Source of the DNA: the human T2T-CHM13v2.0 reference genome, Homo sapiens
Length of the DNA: 64,000 bases
Strand: one strand, 5' to 3'
Assembly: GCF_009914755.1 (NCBI RefSeq)
Contig: NC_060947.1
Shown: positions 17,501 through 39,739 of the stretch, piece by piece
Position numbering within the stretch: the stretch's first letter is position 1
Layout of the letters: each line of letters starts with the position of its first letter
Made by a program: the position numbers and the translations under genes
Notes under the pieces: generated by a model
What the model was told of the DNA's origin: nothing
The model's input: only the letters and a program-made list of their open reading frames with translations
Databases searched by the model: none

Positions 17501-17886
17501 GCTTCCATTCTTCCATTGTAGCAGCAGCGTACACTGCCCAGCCCGGGCTTCGTTTCCACTTTCTGTGACCTGGTGTGGCGGTGAGTCTTACTCAGCGTGC
17601 TTGAGCCGAAATGTCACCAGCTGCCCGCCGACCTGGGATGACACCTTGGGCCGTTCTGTTTTCTCCCGTTCACCGGTCAAGACGCTGAAACTCGGGAGCT
17701 TTTGGCGGCCGAGCTGCGTGAAGGGACTTCAAGAGACGAGGAGACGGACCCCGTGGAAACCTCTCCCACCTGGCGATTGGTGAGGAGGACAGAGGCGACG
17801 GCAGAGGCGGTTTCATTTTGTGCTTTGAGACGGCCGTTTTGAGGTTGGGAGGCAGCCGCGATGGGAGTTGGGTTTGTCAATGGCAT

Positions 17887-18052
17887 TTTTTTTTTTTTAC
17901 TTTTTTATTATTATACTTTAAGTTCGAGGGTACATGTGCACAAAGCGCAGGTTAGTTACATACGTATACATGTGCCATGCTGGTGTGCTGCACCCATTAA
18001 CTCGTCATTTACATTGGGTATGTCTCCTAATGCTGTCCCTCCCCTCTCCCCC
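17887..18052 (-). mobile_element. L1PA 3' UTR end, antisense
   Basis: ttttttattattatactttaagtt..gggtacatgtgcac...cacccattaactcgtcattt. Confidence 0.9.
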
Positions 18053-18676
18053 AGGAAACAACAGGTGCTGGAGAGGATGTGGAGAAGTAGGAACACTTTT
18101 ACACTGTTGGTGGGACTGTCAACTAGTTCAACCATTGTGGAAGTCAGTGTGGCGATTCCTCAGGGATCTAGAACTAGAAATACCATTTGACCCAGCCATC
18201 CCATTGCTGGGTATATACCCAAAGGACTATAAATCATGCTGCTATAAAGACACATGCACACGTATGTTTATTGCGGCACTGTCCACAATAGCAAAGACTT
18301 GGAACCAACCCAAATGTCCAACAACGATAGACTGGATGAAGAAAATGTGGCACATATACACCATGGAATACTATGCAGCCATGAAAAAGGATGAGTTCAT
18401 GTCCTTTGTAGGGACGTGGATGGAATTGGAAACCATCATTCTCAGTAAACTATCGCAAGGACTAAAAACCAAACATATTCTCACTCATAGGTGGGAATTG
18501 AACCATGAGAACACTTGGACACAGGAAGGGGAACATCACACACCGGGGACTGTTGTGGGGTGGGGGGAAGGGGGAGGAATAGCGTTAGGAGATATACCTA
18601 ATGCTACACCAACATGGCACATGTATACGTATGTAACAAACCTGCACATTGTCCACATGTACCCTAAAACTTAAAG

Positions 18677-18716
<40 letters not shown>

Positions 18717-18725
18717 GTAATAATA
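18053..18725 (+). mobile_element. L1PA ORF2 C-terminus and 3' UTR with a (TAA)n tail (5'-truncated, non-coding)
   Basis: The ORF at 17934-18674 includes GNNRCWRGCGEVGTLLHCWW...EIPFDPAIPLLGIYPKDYKSCCYKDTCTRMFIAAL, the L1 ORF2 cysteine-rich tail. Confidence 0.95.
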
Positions 18726-18889
18726 AGCTGACCAGGATTTCCCCTCAGAAGGGCCCTTTCCCTGAGGGTCTTCGCTCCCCGAGGCGGACCCTACAGTGAT
18801 CCGTGTGGGGGTTCCTGGGGCGGCGGTCGTCCCCTCCCGGGGGGTCTCCTGGCACCGATCTCACCTGCGGGAGCCTCTCCGGCCTGGCT

Positions 18890-19260
18890 CTTTGATGTGC
18901 AGAGATGGCGAAGAAGAAAATAACTTTAAAAATGGTGAGAAGCCGTCATTGAAGTTAACATAAAAGAGGATGACGCGGGGTGTTAATTGGTCTGTCTCTG
19001 GCATAATTTGGGCCCGGGAGACGGGGTCCCTGGGCCCCTCGCCCGAGAGCGGAGACTCACATCTTTAATTCAGCAATCTTTGTATTAATTACCTCCGCAT
19101 AGGTACGCTTTGATTGGGAGCGCTTTCTTATAAAATCACAGCGATCGTCTGCCTTAAGATAAATAGATGAGAGTTGAGCTGGGGGAAGAAAAAAAAAAAA
19201 AAACAGTTCATTCGACTCTGAATATCAAATTCAGGATAAAACACCACTGATTCTCGGTCA
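18890..19260. promoter_or_regulatory. Candidate conserved non-coding element / developmental enhancer
   Basis: Unique AT-rich island with clustered TAAT/ATTA cores (gttaattgg, cataatttg, tttaattc, tattaattac), tgattgg and cttataaaa, inside GC-rich flanks. Confidence 0.45.
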
Positions 19261-19599
19261 TTCTCAGTAGGGGAAGGAGCTTCTATTCTTGACCCAGCCC
19301 ACGACACGTGCCGGGGCTGTCAGCGCCGTGAGAGGCACCTGTGTCTCCCCGAGCTGAGGACGGATGACATTTGTACCTACAGGTTTGTATCCGGTCCTGG
19401 GAGGTGCCTCCTTGCCAGTGAAGGACCAGAACTCACGGCCGGCCATGGGTGCCCGGCGCCGGGATGGGCAGGAGCGGTGGCCCCAGGTCCCGGGTGTGGG
19501 TGAGGCCCCAGGAAAGAGGAGAATTCACTGGGAAAATGCAGAGCTGAGGGAAAAGACAGGGGTGTCCCGGGGACCCGTCCAGACCGCAGGATGGTGTGA

Positions 19600-21050
<1,451 letters not shown>

Positions 21051-21944
21051 AATGAAACCAAAGAAAGGAAAGAAAAACCCCCAAGAGTCACAATCAATAT
21101 ACGTCCTGCACAAATTCCTGCAGTTTCCAGGAGGTTCCCGCAGCTCCCCGGGGCCCGCCACCCCCCGCCACCCCCCACCCACTCCCAGAGCCGCCTCCTT
21201 CAACACCCCGACGTGCTTCATCTACCACGAGGCCCACGGCGGCTTCCGGAATATGCGGCAACTTTTTATTTTTTTTTTATTTTTATTTTTTTTAAGGGGT
21301 GAAAAAAGATAAAGCAAACACGGAACAGCACACTCCTCCCGGCCTTCCTTCTTCTGACACCGTTTTCCTTTAGAAGATCTGAAACTACAAGTCAGGACAT
21401 GACACGTGGAGCGTCCCAGGCACGCGCAGCCTCTGCTGTTTGATTTCCGACGTGAGTCTATAGGTGAGGCTGACAGGTTTCAGATGGAAGAGGCAGGGCA
21501 GACGCCTTTCAAGAGAGGCGCGTTGTCTGGGTAAATCCATCAAGGGTGCGTCCTGGGAGACGACGGGCCGCCTTTGTAGACAACGCCACGGCACGGGGGC
21601 CCCCCACGCTGGGCGCCCACCCCGGCTGGCTGACAGGCGGCCCCCGTTTCACCGTGATCACGAGTAAAAGCCAGTTCCCTGCAGGTTACGGGGCTGCTGT
21701 GTTTTGACATTGACCTTAATGCATAATTTAACCACAAAGCATATGAGGTACGTGCAACCAGATGAGGAAAGACCACAGGACTGGCAGGTAACGTGATGCT
21801 GAATCAGAAAGGATGTTTGTTCCCGATCGTGCGGACGTGGGGGCCTCTGCCGAAGAGGCGGAGAGGGGAGGAGGGGGAGGAGGAGGCCGCGGTCGTGTCT
21901 GTCCCAGGGCTGTCGAGGAGAAGTCGGTCTGGGGTCCTGGATGA

Positions 21945-23164
<1,220 letters not shown>

Positions 23165-23264
23165 TGAGTATTTTGGGGGTGCAATGAACTCTGCACAACG
23201 CACCAGGGTGGGGGCAGAGATGAATCAAAGAAGACAGCTGTTTGTGTGTGAGCTTCCCTGCCCT

Positions 23265-23895
23265 GTGCACACAGAGACAGACATACACACCCACACACAC
23301 ACATTCATACACACCTGCACACACACAGGCATACACAGATGCCTGTACACATACATTCACACCCACACACACATGTGCATTCGTACGCACCTACACACAC
23401 ATCTGTACACATTCACACTCACACACACACATTCATACACACCCACATACACACCTGCACACACACAGGTGCACACACACACGCCTGTACACATCCATTC
23501 ACACCCACACACATATGCATTCATACGCACCTGCACACAAACCTGTACACATACATTCACACCCACACACAGACATACACACCTGTACACACACATTCAT
23601 ACACACATGCACACACACACGGGTACACACGCCTGTACACACACTTTCACACCAACAGACATAGACACACCTGCACACACACACCTGTACACATACATTC
23701 ACATGCACACACAGACACACCCCCCCACACACACACAGGTGCACACACACGCCTGTACACATACATTCACACCTACACACAGACATACACATCTGTACAC
23801 ACACACATTCATACACACACAGATACACACCCGCGCACACACAGATGCACACACACACCCGTACACTCACACCCACACACAGACATACACATCTG
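23265..23895. repeat. Degenerate (CA)n-rich tract
   Basis: cacacctgtacacatacattcacacccacacac variants. Confidence 0.9.
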
Positions 23896-24505
23896 CGTGG
23901 CAAACATTGACCCCTTCCTCAGGCTGCTGCTGCTGCTGCAAATGTTACTCAGCGATCGTCCAGCCCAGGCTGCAGGCCGACCCTGAGGGCCCTGGAGGCC
24001 TCATAAACCACACGTCCGGCCTCGGCTGATTCCACAAGGCTCCGTGGAGCTACCTGTGCAGGGGGGAGAGGCGTGAGGCTCAAAGCGGCCCTGGACGCAG
24101 GGACAGACGTTTCTTTACAGACACCCACGTGAGGCAGACAAACCACACATATGTCTCCAACCACACATGGTAATTCGTGAGGATGAAGAGATGAAGGCCC
24201 CAGGCCATATTCCCTTTGTGCTGTCCTGGTCTAGCGTGAAATGTTAATTTTTGCCTTTTTTCGTGTACAAAGGGGCCCTTAGGTTGTTAGATGTTCCTGC
24301 TTTCATAGTAGACGCATGTGGACTTTTCATGGTATTTTGTTGTGTTTCTACTGCTTGTTGGAGGCAGAAAAAGCGACTCGTCAATGTTTTATAATGAAAA
24401 TGAAAAGTATGAAAGGTGAGTGTGAAGTTGTAACAGACATACTTTTGTGAATTTTGGTGATTTTTTTTGTTTGTTGGTTTCAGTCTTTGGAAAAAACCTG
24501 TGGTT

Positions 24506-24722
24506 GGCCGGGCGCGGTGGCTCACGCCTGGCATCCCAGCACTTTGGGAGGCCGAGGTGAGTGGATCATGAGGTCAGGAGATCGAGACCATCTTGGCCAA
24601 CGTGGTAAAACTCCATCTCTACTAAAAATACAAAAAATTAGCGGGGTATGGTGGCGGGCACCTGTAGTCCCACCTACTTGGGAGACTGAGGCAGGAGAAT
24701 CGCTTGAACCTGGGAGGTGGAG
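24506..24722 (+). mobile_element. 3'-truncated Alu
   Basis: ggccgggcgcggtggctcacgcctg...gaacctgggaggtggag. Confidence 0.85.
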
Positions 24723-24789
24723 CCTCCCCAGATGCACGGCTGTGTCCCAGTCCAGGTTCCAAAGGGGCTTTGTGGATCTTTTTCTGCAG

Positions 24790-26183
<1,394 letters not shown>

Positions 26184-27499
26184 TGAGTTTGCTTTCTTTG
26201 GAGAGCAAACAGATAGCCCCACCAGAAATGTACTTATTTACTTAGTTGCTGGCATGTTTGGAGTGGATGTTGGAGTTTTTCTCAGCCAGGGAGGTGAGAA
26301 AGTCTCCATCAAGTACTCATTCATTCATTCATTCATTCGTTCATTCAATTCAACTTTGAATTTAAAAGTGGAGAGTTCCCCTCCGTCTGACCACAAAGTG
26401 ATGTGCAGAAGTAGCTTCATTTTAAACCTGCAGATAAGATGGATCGGTCTCTGATTTGTAATTAGAAGTGCAGCAGATAACGAGACAATCTGAATGTCCT
26501 ACCAAGTCTTTGACCTGTTCTTTGGGAGGTGGCATAACCTTATCTTCAATCATCAAGGCTGCACGTGGAGGAGTTATTCAGGCAGCTGAAAATATCACCC
26601 CAGATCTTGCAGAGGAAGCAACCTAGGAGTCGGAGTGTCCCTGCAGATGCTCCACACACGGGTGGGATATAGAAGGAGTGGAGGTGGACGAGGTCTAAGG
26701 AGAACAAGGAAAAGGACATGAGAGGATCAGAGAAGACCTCAATAGCTTAGCCAGGGAAGGAATTCATGGGAAAAACATTAGGGGAATTTATAGTCTTGGC
26801 AGGGAACCCAAAGACGGAGACTCAGATAACAGGGCAGAACCCAAGGGAGGAAGGTGGTCGGGGAGGACTCTCCAAGCTGCCTCTGGGCTCTGGAGATGTT
26901 GCTGTGGTCATGAGGAATTTCTGTCCTGCAGCTGATTTCCTTTATTCTCTCAAGGTTCCAAGTGCTGGGCAGAAAGTCCAGCTCCCTGGATGCCAGGATT
27001 GGGGGGGATAGAGAATGTATGAGGCTCCAGGATGCCAAAGAGGGAGGTGACGCTGGTTCCCACTGAGACGTGTGAGGCAGGAATGACCCCAAAATGACAA
27101 GGCTCCGAGTCCCAGCACGATGATTCAGCTTCCCCATCTCACGTGTTCATGGAAGGAGCATGAGGAACTCAGGCATCAGGAAGAAAGTGCCCTCGGTTTG
27201 GGGTGGGGCGAGCTTTGGGAACCTCAGGAAACATTTCACGATGACCAACAGGATCAGCCAGTGGGAGAGGAAGAGGAGATTTGTTGCAACCTTGAGGTGG
27301 GTTCACTGTGGACACAAATCAGAGGCAGGACAGCCACAGAGAGGACCAACTATTGGCCACGTGTGGGTAAGAGGAAAGAATTGTGACTGGGTTCACAGTG
27401 CAGGGGGCATGGATTGAAAAGCAGGACACATCTTCCTCTCTTCTGGTTTCATTGAGCCTTTGCTAAATAGAAGCTAGAATCTCATAGACCTGGTGGCAG

Positions 27500-28512
<1,013 letters not shown>

Positions 28513-29784
28513 ACTGACCGTTGTTCTTCAAACACCTGCTAAATTATAATTAATATCATTATGGGAGAACACCCTTACCATAGAATATTCCCACCACCAG
28601 GATCTCCGTGATATACCTTCCAACTCTGCAAAATAACAAAACAGCAAAACAACACAACGCAAACGGAATAAAACCCTTTTCTTTTGACTGAGTGCAGGGC
28701 AAGTTAGAAAACTCCCCAAAGATGAGTTTCTCCTCCTTTTTTTTTTTTTTTTTTTGAGTTATGAGCAGAAAAAGTTTGGACACTTTCGCAGAACTCAGAA
28801 ACATATTAATTTTTCACGGCCTCGTAAGTCAAAAATGGCTTGTCCAATTTGCTTCAAACTTCGCAGCCTGATAGAAAGCCCCAGAACTTTCCAGCCAGAG
28901 AAGATATTTTGTCAGAGTTGGAAGGAGGTCAGAAGAGGGCATTAATGTGGAGGATGTGAAGACCTGGGCCCCGACCCTTGATGGGCCTATCTGTAATTAG
29001 CTGGAGCCCTCCCCCGGATTTGGGGTTGACAGACGCTCAGGACAGCACGATGATCTCAAGGGCGTCAAAGGGCAAAGCTTCCCCATCAATGGCTCTGTTT
29101 GGAGAGGGAGTAGCTGGGGGAGTCAGGGACTCAGCGTGGGGCTCACACCCTCTTTTACCGAGCACTTCTGATTTATATTATAAAAATCTCATTTTCAGAA
29201 AAGAAGGGAGTTTTACATGGGATAGGGTGGTGTGAAATCAGCAAATCAGCAAAAAGAAAACAAAACAAAAACGCTTTTCAGGAAAACGATGATGGATTTG
29301 GGTGGGGAGAGGGCAGAGCTCCTGGGACCTGATTACTGTTAATTTGTAATCCAGGGAGGTCCTGAGCCTGGTGAAATATTAATGCTTGAGAAAGGCCACT
29401 GTCTTCTGATTCTTTCTGTGCTTTTGGGACAATCCCAATGGATGCAACACACCCCCGCGTTGATTTATTTATGTTCACAGCATGGCCGAGGCAGCAGGAG
29501 ACCCCAAGTTGTATTCAAAATATCCAAAAGGGGCTTTTCTTTTTCCCTTTGTTTATTCAAAATATTCAAAAAGGGCTTTTCTTTTTCCCTTTGTTTCCGC
29601 GATTTCTGCGCTGTTGGCTGAAAGTGCTCTGAGTTCACGCGCTACGGGGGGTGACTTCCATTTCTGCAGACAGCAGCCTTGGGGATGGCCTGGCGAGGGC
29701 TAGGAATACCACACCCTGATCCCATTCTTCCTGGCTCAGTCCTGACTGTGAGAGTCACGGTGGACTCTGGGTTTTTCGGTTTTT

Positions 29785-30485
29785 TTGTTTGTTTGTTTTT
29801 TTGTTTTTTGTTTTTTTTTTTTGACAGGGAGTCTCGCTCTGTCGTCCAGGCTGGAGTGCAGTGGTGCACCCTAGGCTCACTGCAACCTCCGACTCCTGGG
29901 TTCGATTCTACTGCCTCAGCCTCCCGAGTAGCTGAGACTACAGGCACCGGCCACCACGCCTGGCTAATTTTTTTTATTTTTTAAATAGAGATGTGGTTTT
30001 GCCGTGTTGGCCAGGCTGGTCTCGATCTCCTGATCTCAGGTGATCCACCTGCCTCGGCCTCCTAAAGTGCTGGGATTATAGGCGTGAGACACCATGCCTG
30101 GCCTCTGAACTCTGTTTTAAGTTTTTTTTTTTTTTTTAATTGAGGTGAGTTTCACGAAACATGCAATCAACCATTTTATTTTTATTACTTATTTTGAGAC
30201 AGGGTCTCGCTCTGCTGCCCAGGCTAGGGTGCACTGGTGCAATCACAGCTCACTGCAGCCTCAATGTCCTGGGCTCAGGTGATCCTCCTGCCTCAGCCTC
30301 CTGAGTAGGTGAGACCGTGGGCATGCCCCACCATGCCTGGCTAATTTTTGTATTATTACTATTTTCTTGGTAGAGACAGGGTCTCACTGTGTTGCCCAGG
30401 CCCATCTTGTACTCCTGGTCTCAAGCGATCCTCCTGCCTCGGCCTCCCAAAGTGCTGCAATTACACAGGTGAGGCAACGCAGCCA
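29785..30485 (-). mobile_element. Two antisense Alus (AluS, AluJ) with adjoining old L1M fragments (30125-30175, 30490-30700)
   Basis: Alu motifs; L1M-like ctttctgtctctatgggtttgcctgttctacacatttc. Confidence 0.75.
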
Positions 30486-30704
30486 GCAACCCTTTCAAGC
30501 AGAAGGATTTGTTGGTATTTACTGAATTCACCTTGTTGTGGTAGCATATCATCTACATAATACCAGAATATTGTCATCCCTCAAAAACAGAGCCAGGAGA
30601 AGAACTGCCCATTTTCCCTCCCCATTCCCAGGCAACTCAAAATCTTCCTTCTGTCTCTATGGGTTTGCCTGTTCTACACATTTCGTATATGATGGGAATA
30701 GGCT

Positions 30705-31850
<1,146 letters not shown>

Positions 31851-32419
31851 GCCTCTTTATACTATTTTGCAGGAACATTACCTTGCTTTCAGTGAGTGCA
31901 GTTCCCACGAAAAAGCCGCGAGTATGGAGAAGTTTGCCTAGAAAACTTAGGCAGTTACTCCTTTTAGATAATTTAACTTCAAAGTCGAAACAGGGCATCG
32001 CAGAAAGGATCTGAATTTAGAGGTATGTTTTATTGAATCACTCAAGGCCTAGAAATAGAAATGATCAAAGGGTGTTTGCGAGCGTGCTTTCCAGCTTCTG
32101 AGGAGCTGAGCCCAGCTCACTAATGATGGCAATTGTGGTCATAGGTGACTCGCCCCCGAGCTGGGGGTGCCTCTGAGCGCCTCTGCCTTCCACCCTACTG
32201 GGGAGCAAGGCTGTGGGGCCACCTCTAATGATTGGTTGTTATTGTCTGAGGATATCTAGAAATTCAAGAGAGATCTACTTTATACTCTGGAAATGAAGAG
32301 CCTTTTGTATTCAGCAAAGGGATCGGTGTTGAGAGGGGGCTTCACGGGTGTACACCGTGGGGAGTATCCCTCCTGGGTTCCAAGCTCAGACAGGTGGCCC
32401 AAGACAAGATGTCTGGCTT

Positions 32420-32815
<396 letters not shown>

Positions 32816-33080
32816 CGTTATTTTTATTTTTAGTACAGATGAGGCTTTTCTCTGTTGCCCAGGCTGAAGTGCAGTGACGTGATCAGGGTCCTTGCATTTT
32901 TTGTTTTGAGACAGGGTCTTGCTCTGTCGCTCAGGATGGACTGCAGGGATGTGATCCCAGCTCACTGCAGCCTCAGCCTCCTGGGCTCAAGCCATACTCC
33001 TGCCTCAGCCTCCTGAGTAGCTGGACTACAGGTGTGTGCCAGTATGCCTGGCTGTTTTTTTCTAAATGATTTTTTTTGGT

Positions 33081-33852
33081 AGAGATGGGGTCTCACTATG
33101 TCTCCCAGGCTGAAGCTCTGTGGTGTGATCATAGCTCACTGCAGCCTCGAACTCCTGAGCTCAACTGATCCTCCCACCTCAGCCTCCTGAAGTGCTGGGA
33201 TTGGGGGGGTGAGCCACTGCACTCAGCCAACAGATAGAGATGGGGTCTCGCTATGTCTCCCAGGCTGAAGCTCTGTGGTGTCATCATAGCTCACTGTAGC
33301 CTCGAACTCCTGGGCTCAACTGATCCTCCCACCTCAGCCTCCTGAAGTGCTGGGGTTAGGGGGGTGAGCCACTGCACTCAGCCAACAGATAGAGATGGGG
33401 TCTCGCTATGTCTCCCAGGCTGAAGCTCTGTGGTGTCATCATAGCTCACTGTAGCCTCGAACTCCTGGGCTCAACTGATCCTCCCGCCTCAGCCTCCTGA
33501 AGTGCTGGGATTAGGGGGGTGAGCCACTGCACTCAGCCAACAGATAGAGATGGGGTCTCGCTATGTCTCCCAGGCTGAAGCTCTGTGGTGTCATCATAGC
33601 TCACTGCAGCCTCGAACTCCTGAGCTCAACTGATCCTCCCACCTCAGCCTCCTGAAGTGCTGGGATTAGGGGGGTGAGCCACTGCACTCAGCCAACAGAT
33701 AGAGATGGGGTCTCGCTATGTCTCCCAGGCTGAAGCTCTGTGGTGTCATCATAGCTCACTGCAGCCTCGAACTCCTGGGCTCAACTGATCCTCCCGCCTC
33801 AGACTCCTGAAGTGCTGGGATTAGGGGGGTGAGCCACTGCACTCAGCCAACA
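33081..33852 (-). repeat. Alu-derived 155-bp tandem repeat, 5 copies
   Basis: agagatggggtctc.ctatgtctcccaggctgaagctctgtgg at 33081, 33236, 33391, 33546 and 33701. Confidence 0.95.
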
Positions 33853-34009
33853 CATCTGTAAATATGCCTAAGGCATCTATACCGTAGTAGGTTTGCTACA
33901 AGGATCAAGCAAGATAGTGTTCTGGAAATACAAGCCTCACCCTTACGAAGCTGTTTCAGCAGGTGTAACAAATGGCCGTTCACAGAGTGGCTCAAAAAAA
34001 CACACATTT

Positions 34010-35030
<1,021 letters not shown>

Positions 35031-35292
35031 CAACCTCAGCCCACAAGGTGGCCCAAGGCACACGGAGTTCACATTGTACCCACCATGGGTCGAAGGTGGG
35101 CGTCTGATTCCTCCTGAAGGGTGGGGAGCTGTGATGTGAACAGGCCACTTCAATGGGACAGGCGTGATCTCCATTTGGGACTAAATACAAGCCCATGGAG
35201 GGTCCACAGAGCACCAAGGGAAGCTGGCATTTCAAAACATCTGCCTCGTTTGTCTAAACCACACCACACCACACACCACTCTGGGGTCTGTT

Positions 35293-35595
35293 TGGCCACA
35301 GAGAATCCTCTAGCCCCAAATGTCAGCAGAGCTGAGGCTGAGAGACACTGACTGAGGGACTCTATCTATCATCTGTCAATCAATCAATCAATCATCTATC
35401 TGTCTATCCATTATCTATCTATTTATCCACCTATCATCTATCTATCTATCATCTATCTCTCTCTCATCCGTCCATCCATCGTCTATTCTATCTGTCATCT
35501 ATGTATCTATCCATCTAGTCATCCATCTATCTATCCTGTGTGTATTTATCCATTCTATGTATCTATCTATGTATCTATCTATGTATCTATCTATG

Positions 35596-35636
<41 letters not shown>

Positions 35637-36297
35637 GTCATCTATGTATCTATCCATCTATTCATCCATCTATCCTGTATGTATTTGTCCATCCATCCAT
35701 CCATCTATTCTATCATCTATCTTCATCTATGTATCTATCCATCTATTCATCCATCTATCCTGCATGTATTTATCTATCCATCATCCATCTATTCTATCAT
35801 CTATCATCTATGTATCTATCCATCTATTCATCCATCTATCCTGCATGTATTTATCTATCCATCCATCCATCTATTCTATCATCTATCTATCATCTATGTA
35901 TCTATCCACCTATTCATCCATCTATCTTGTATGTATTCATCCATCCATCCATCTATTCTATTATCTATCTATCATCTATTCATCCATCTATCTATCCTGC
36001 ATGTATTTATCTATCCATCCATCCATCCATCTATTCTATCATCTATCTGTCTTCTATGTATCTATCCATCTATTCATCCATCTTGTATGTATTTATCCAT
36101 CCATGCATCTACTCAACCATCCCTCCTCTATTTATCATCTCTATCATCTGTAAGTCAATCAGTTTATCCATCATCTATCAATCACCCACATCTATCTTTA
36201 TTATCTATCACCTGTCTATTTATCTATCTATCCTGTATGTATTTATCCATCCATCCATCCCTCCATCCATCCATTCCCTGTCTATCTCTATCATATA
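35293..36297 (+). repeat. MER20 3' end followed by a ~940-bp (TCTA/TCCA)n tract
   Basis: cacagagaatcctctagccccaaatgtcagcagagctgaggctgagagacactg, then tetranucleotide repeats. Confidence 0.85.
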
Positions 36298-36345
36298 GAG
36301 AAAAATGGCAGCCGCGTCCACACTGGCCTCAGAACTCTCTGGTGA

Positions 36346-37877
<1,532 letters not shown>

Positions 37878-38022
37878 CCAGCAGGTTTTCAAAGCCCGTC
37901 GTCTTTGCTTAGCGTGCACCATGATGTCGGCTCTCTGAATTCACCGTCTTTCTAGATGAGTCCCAGAGTTTTTCTTCATCACTCAGTATTTGGCAACAGG
38001 GAAGTTTTTCTAAGCAAGTCAA

Positions 38023-38305
38023 CCCATCAATGATAGACTGGATAAAGAAAATGTGGCACATAGACACCATGGAATACTATGCAGCCATCAAAAAGGATGA
38101 GTTCATGTCGTTCGCAGGGACATGGATGAATCTGGAATCCATCATTCTCAGCAAACTCACACAGGAACAGAAAACCAAACACTGCATGTTCTCACTCCTA
38201 AGTGGGAGTTGAACAATGAGAACACATGGACACAGGAAGGGGAACATCACACACCCGGGCCTGTCGAGGGCTGTGGGGCTGTGGAAGGGATTGCATTAGG
38301 AGAAA
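38023..38305 (+). mobile_element. L1PA ORF2-end / 3' UTR fragment
   Basis: ORF IDWIKKMWHIDTMEYYAAIKKDEFMSFAGTW. Confidence 0.9.
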
Positions 38306-38879
38306 TTCTCACCATCTATGAACCCCTCATTTCCTCATCGGGAAAAATGTACCTGAAAATAGCGCCTGCCTCTGAGTGTTGTGGTAAGGAAGCAATGCCA
38401 TTATTTATGTCTCATGCTGTGGCTTGAGACTGTGTCTGTTTATGCTGCTCTGGTTTGTGGTGGAGGCTGCCGTCTGTCAGCCTCTGCACCTGCCGTCTGT
38501 CAGCCTCTGCACCTGCTCTGAAGTTTTCCTCTCGGTGGTACCCACCCATCATCCTGCTGCCCTTGAGTTCCCAGGAGCCCACAGGAGCTGCACTTTCTCC
38601 AGGCCTTTTGCCGGTGGAGCTGCCTCTTGGATTGTGCGTCTCCATCCGATGCACTCTGTTTTCATGTGAAAATCCATGGGAATAAAAAGGCTCTTTTCGT
38701 GCTGAAAAATTGAGCCCAGGGGTTCAGCCAGCAGAGGACTCTGTGGGTATAAATATGAATGGAGAGGATTCTAAATATATAGCAGAGCAGAAGTCAGATG
38801 TTTGTGGAGAGGTGAAACGGCCTGGCCAGGTTCTTGGAACTTTAGAAATGAGGATGGCTTCCGGGGGAACTGGGGAGCG

Positions 38880-39710
38880 ACCGTTCTCAACTGGGGATGA
38901 ACATGCACCCCGACGGACACTCGGCACTGTCTGGGGCGGTTCTGGGTGTGGTAACTGGGAGGGGGGTGCTCCTGGCACCTGGTTTGTGGAGCCCGGGGAT
39001 GCTGCTCACCACCTTACAGTGACCACAGAGAATCCTCCAGCCCCAAATGTCAGCAGAGGTGAGGCTGAGAGACACTATCTGAGGGACTCTATCATCTGTC
39101 AATCAATCAATCAATCTCTCAATCTATTATGCATCTATCTATCTATCTATCTATCTATCTACCCACCTATCATCTATCATTTATCTATGTATCTATGTAT
39201 CTATGTATCTATCTACCTATCATCTATCTATCATCTATCTATGTATCTATCTATGTATCTATTATCTATCTATCCACCTATCATCTATCTATAATCTCTC
39301 TCTCTCCCAACCATCCATCTATCCATCCATCCATCCATCTATCCATCTATCCATTATCTATCATACATCTATCTATTCATCCATCCATCATCTATCATCT
39401 CTATCATCTATAAATCAATTTATCCATCATCTGTCATTCATCCATCCATCACCCATCTTTATTATCTATCATCTATCTATCCATCTATCATTCATCTATC
39501 ATCTACCCATCCATTACCTATCTATCTCTATCATATATAAATCAATCAATCTATCATCTATCATCCACCAATCTACCTATTTATCTAGATCTGCCTATCT
39601 ACCTTTATCTATTATCTATCATCAATCTTTATTATCTATCTATCATCTATCTACAGATCTATTTATTGACCCATTATCTATCTATCATCTATCTACCTAT
39701 CTATCTAATC
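38880..39710 (+). mobile_element. MER20 (38880-39078) followed by a (TCTA)n tract
   Basis: gttctcaactgggg...ccagccccaaatgtcagcagaggtgaggctgagagacact. Confidence 0.8.
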
Positions 39711-39739
39711 TGTGCTTTTCAGCTGCTGCCGATTGTCTC

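Noticed and set aside
17934-18674. 246-aa ORF with L1 ORF2 similarity
   Set aside because: It is only the C-terminal remnant of a truncated L1, with no endonuclease or RT domain, and its start lies in antisense UTR.
29512-29596. 43-bp tandem duplication (similar small ones at 27595-27682 and 38468-38515)
   Set aside because: Ordinary slippage duplications with no further signal.
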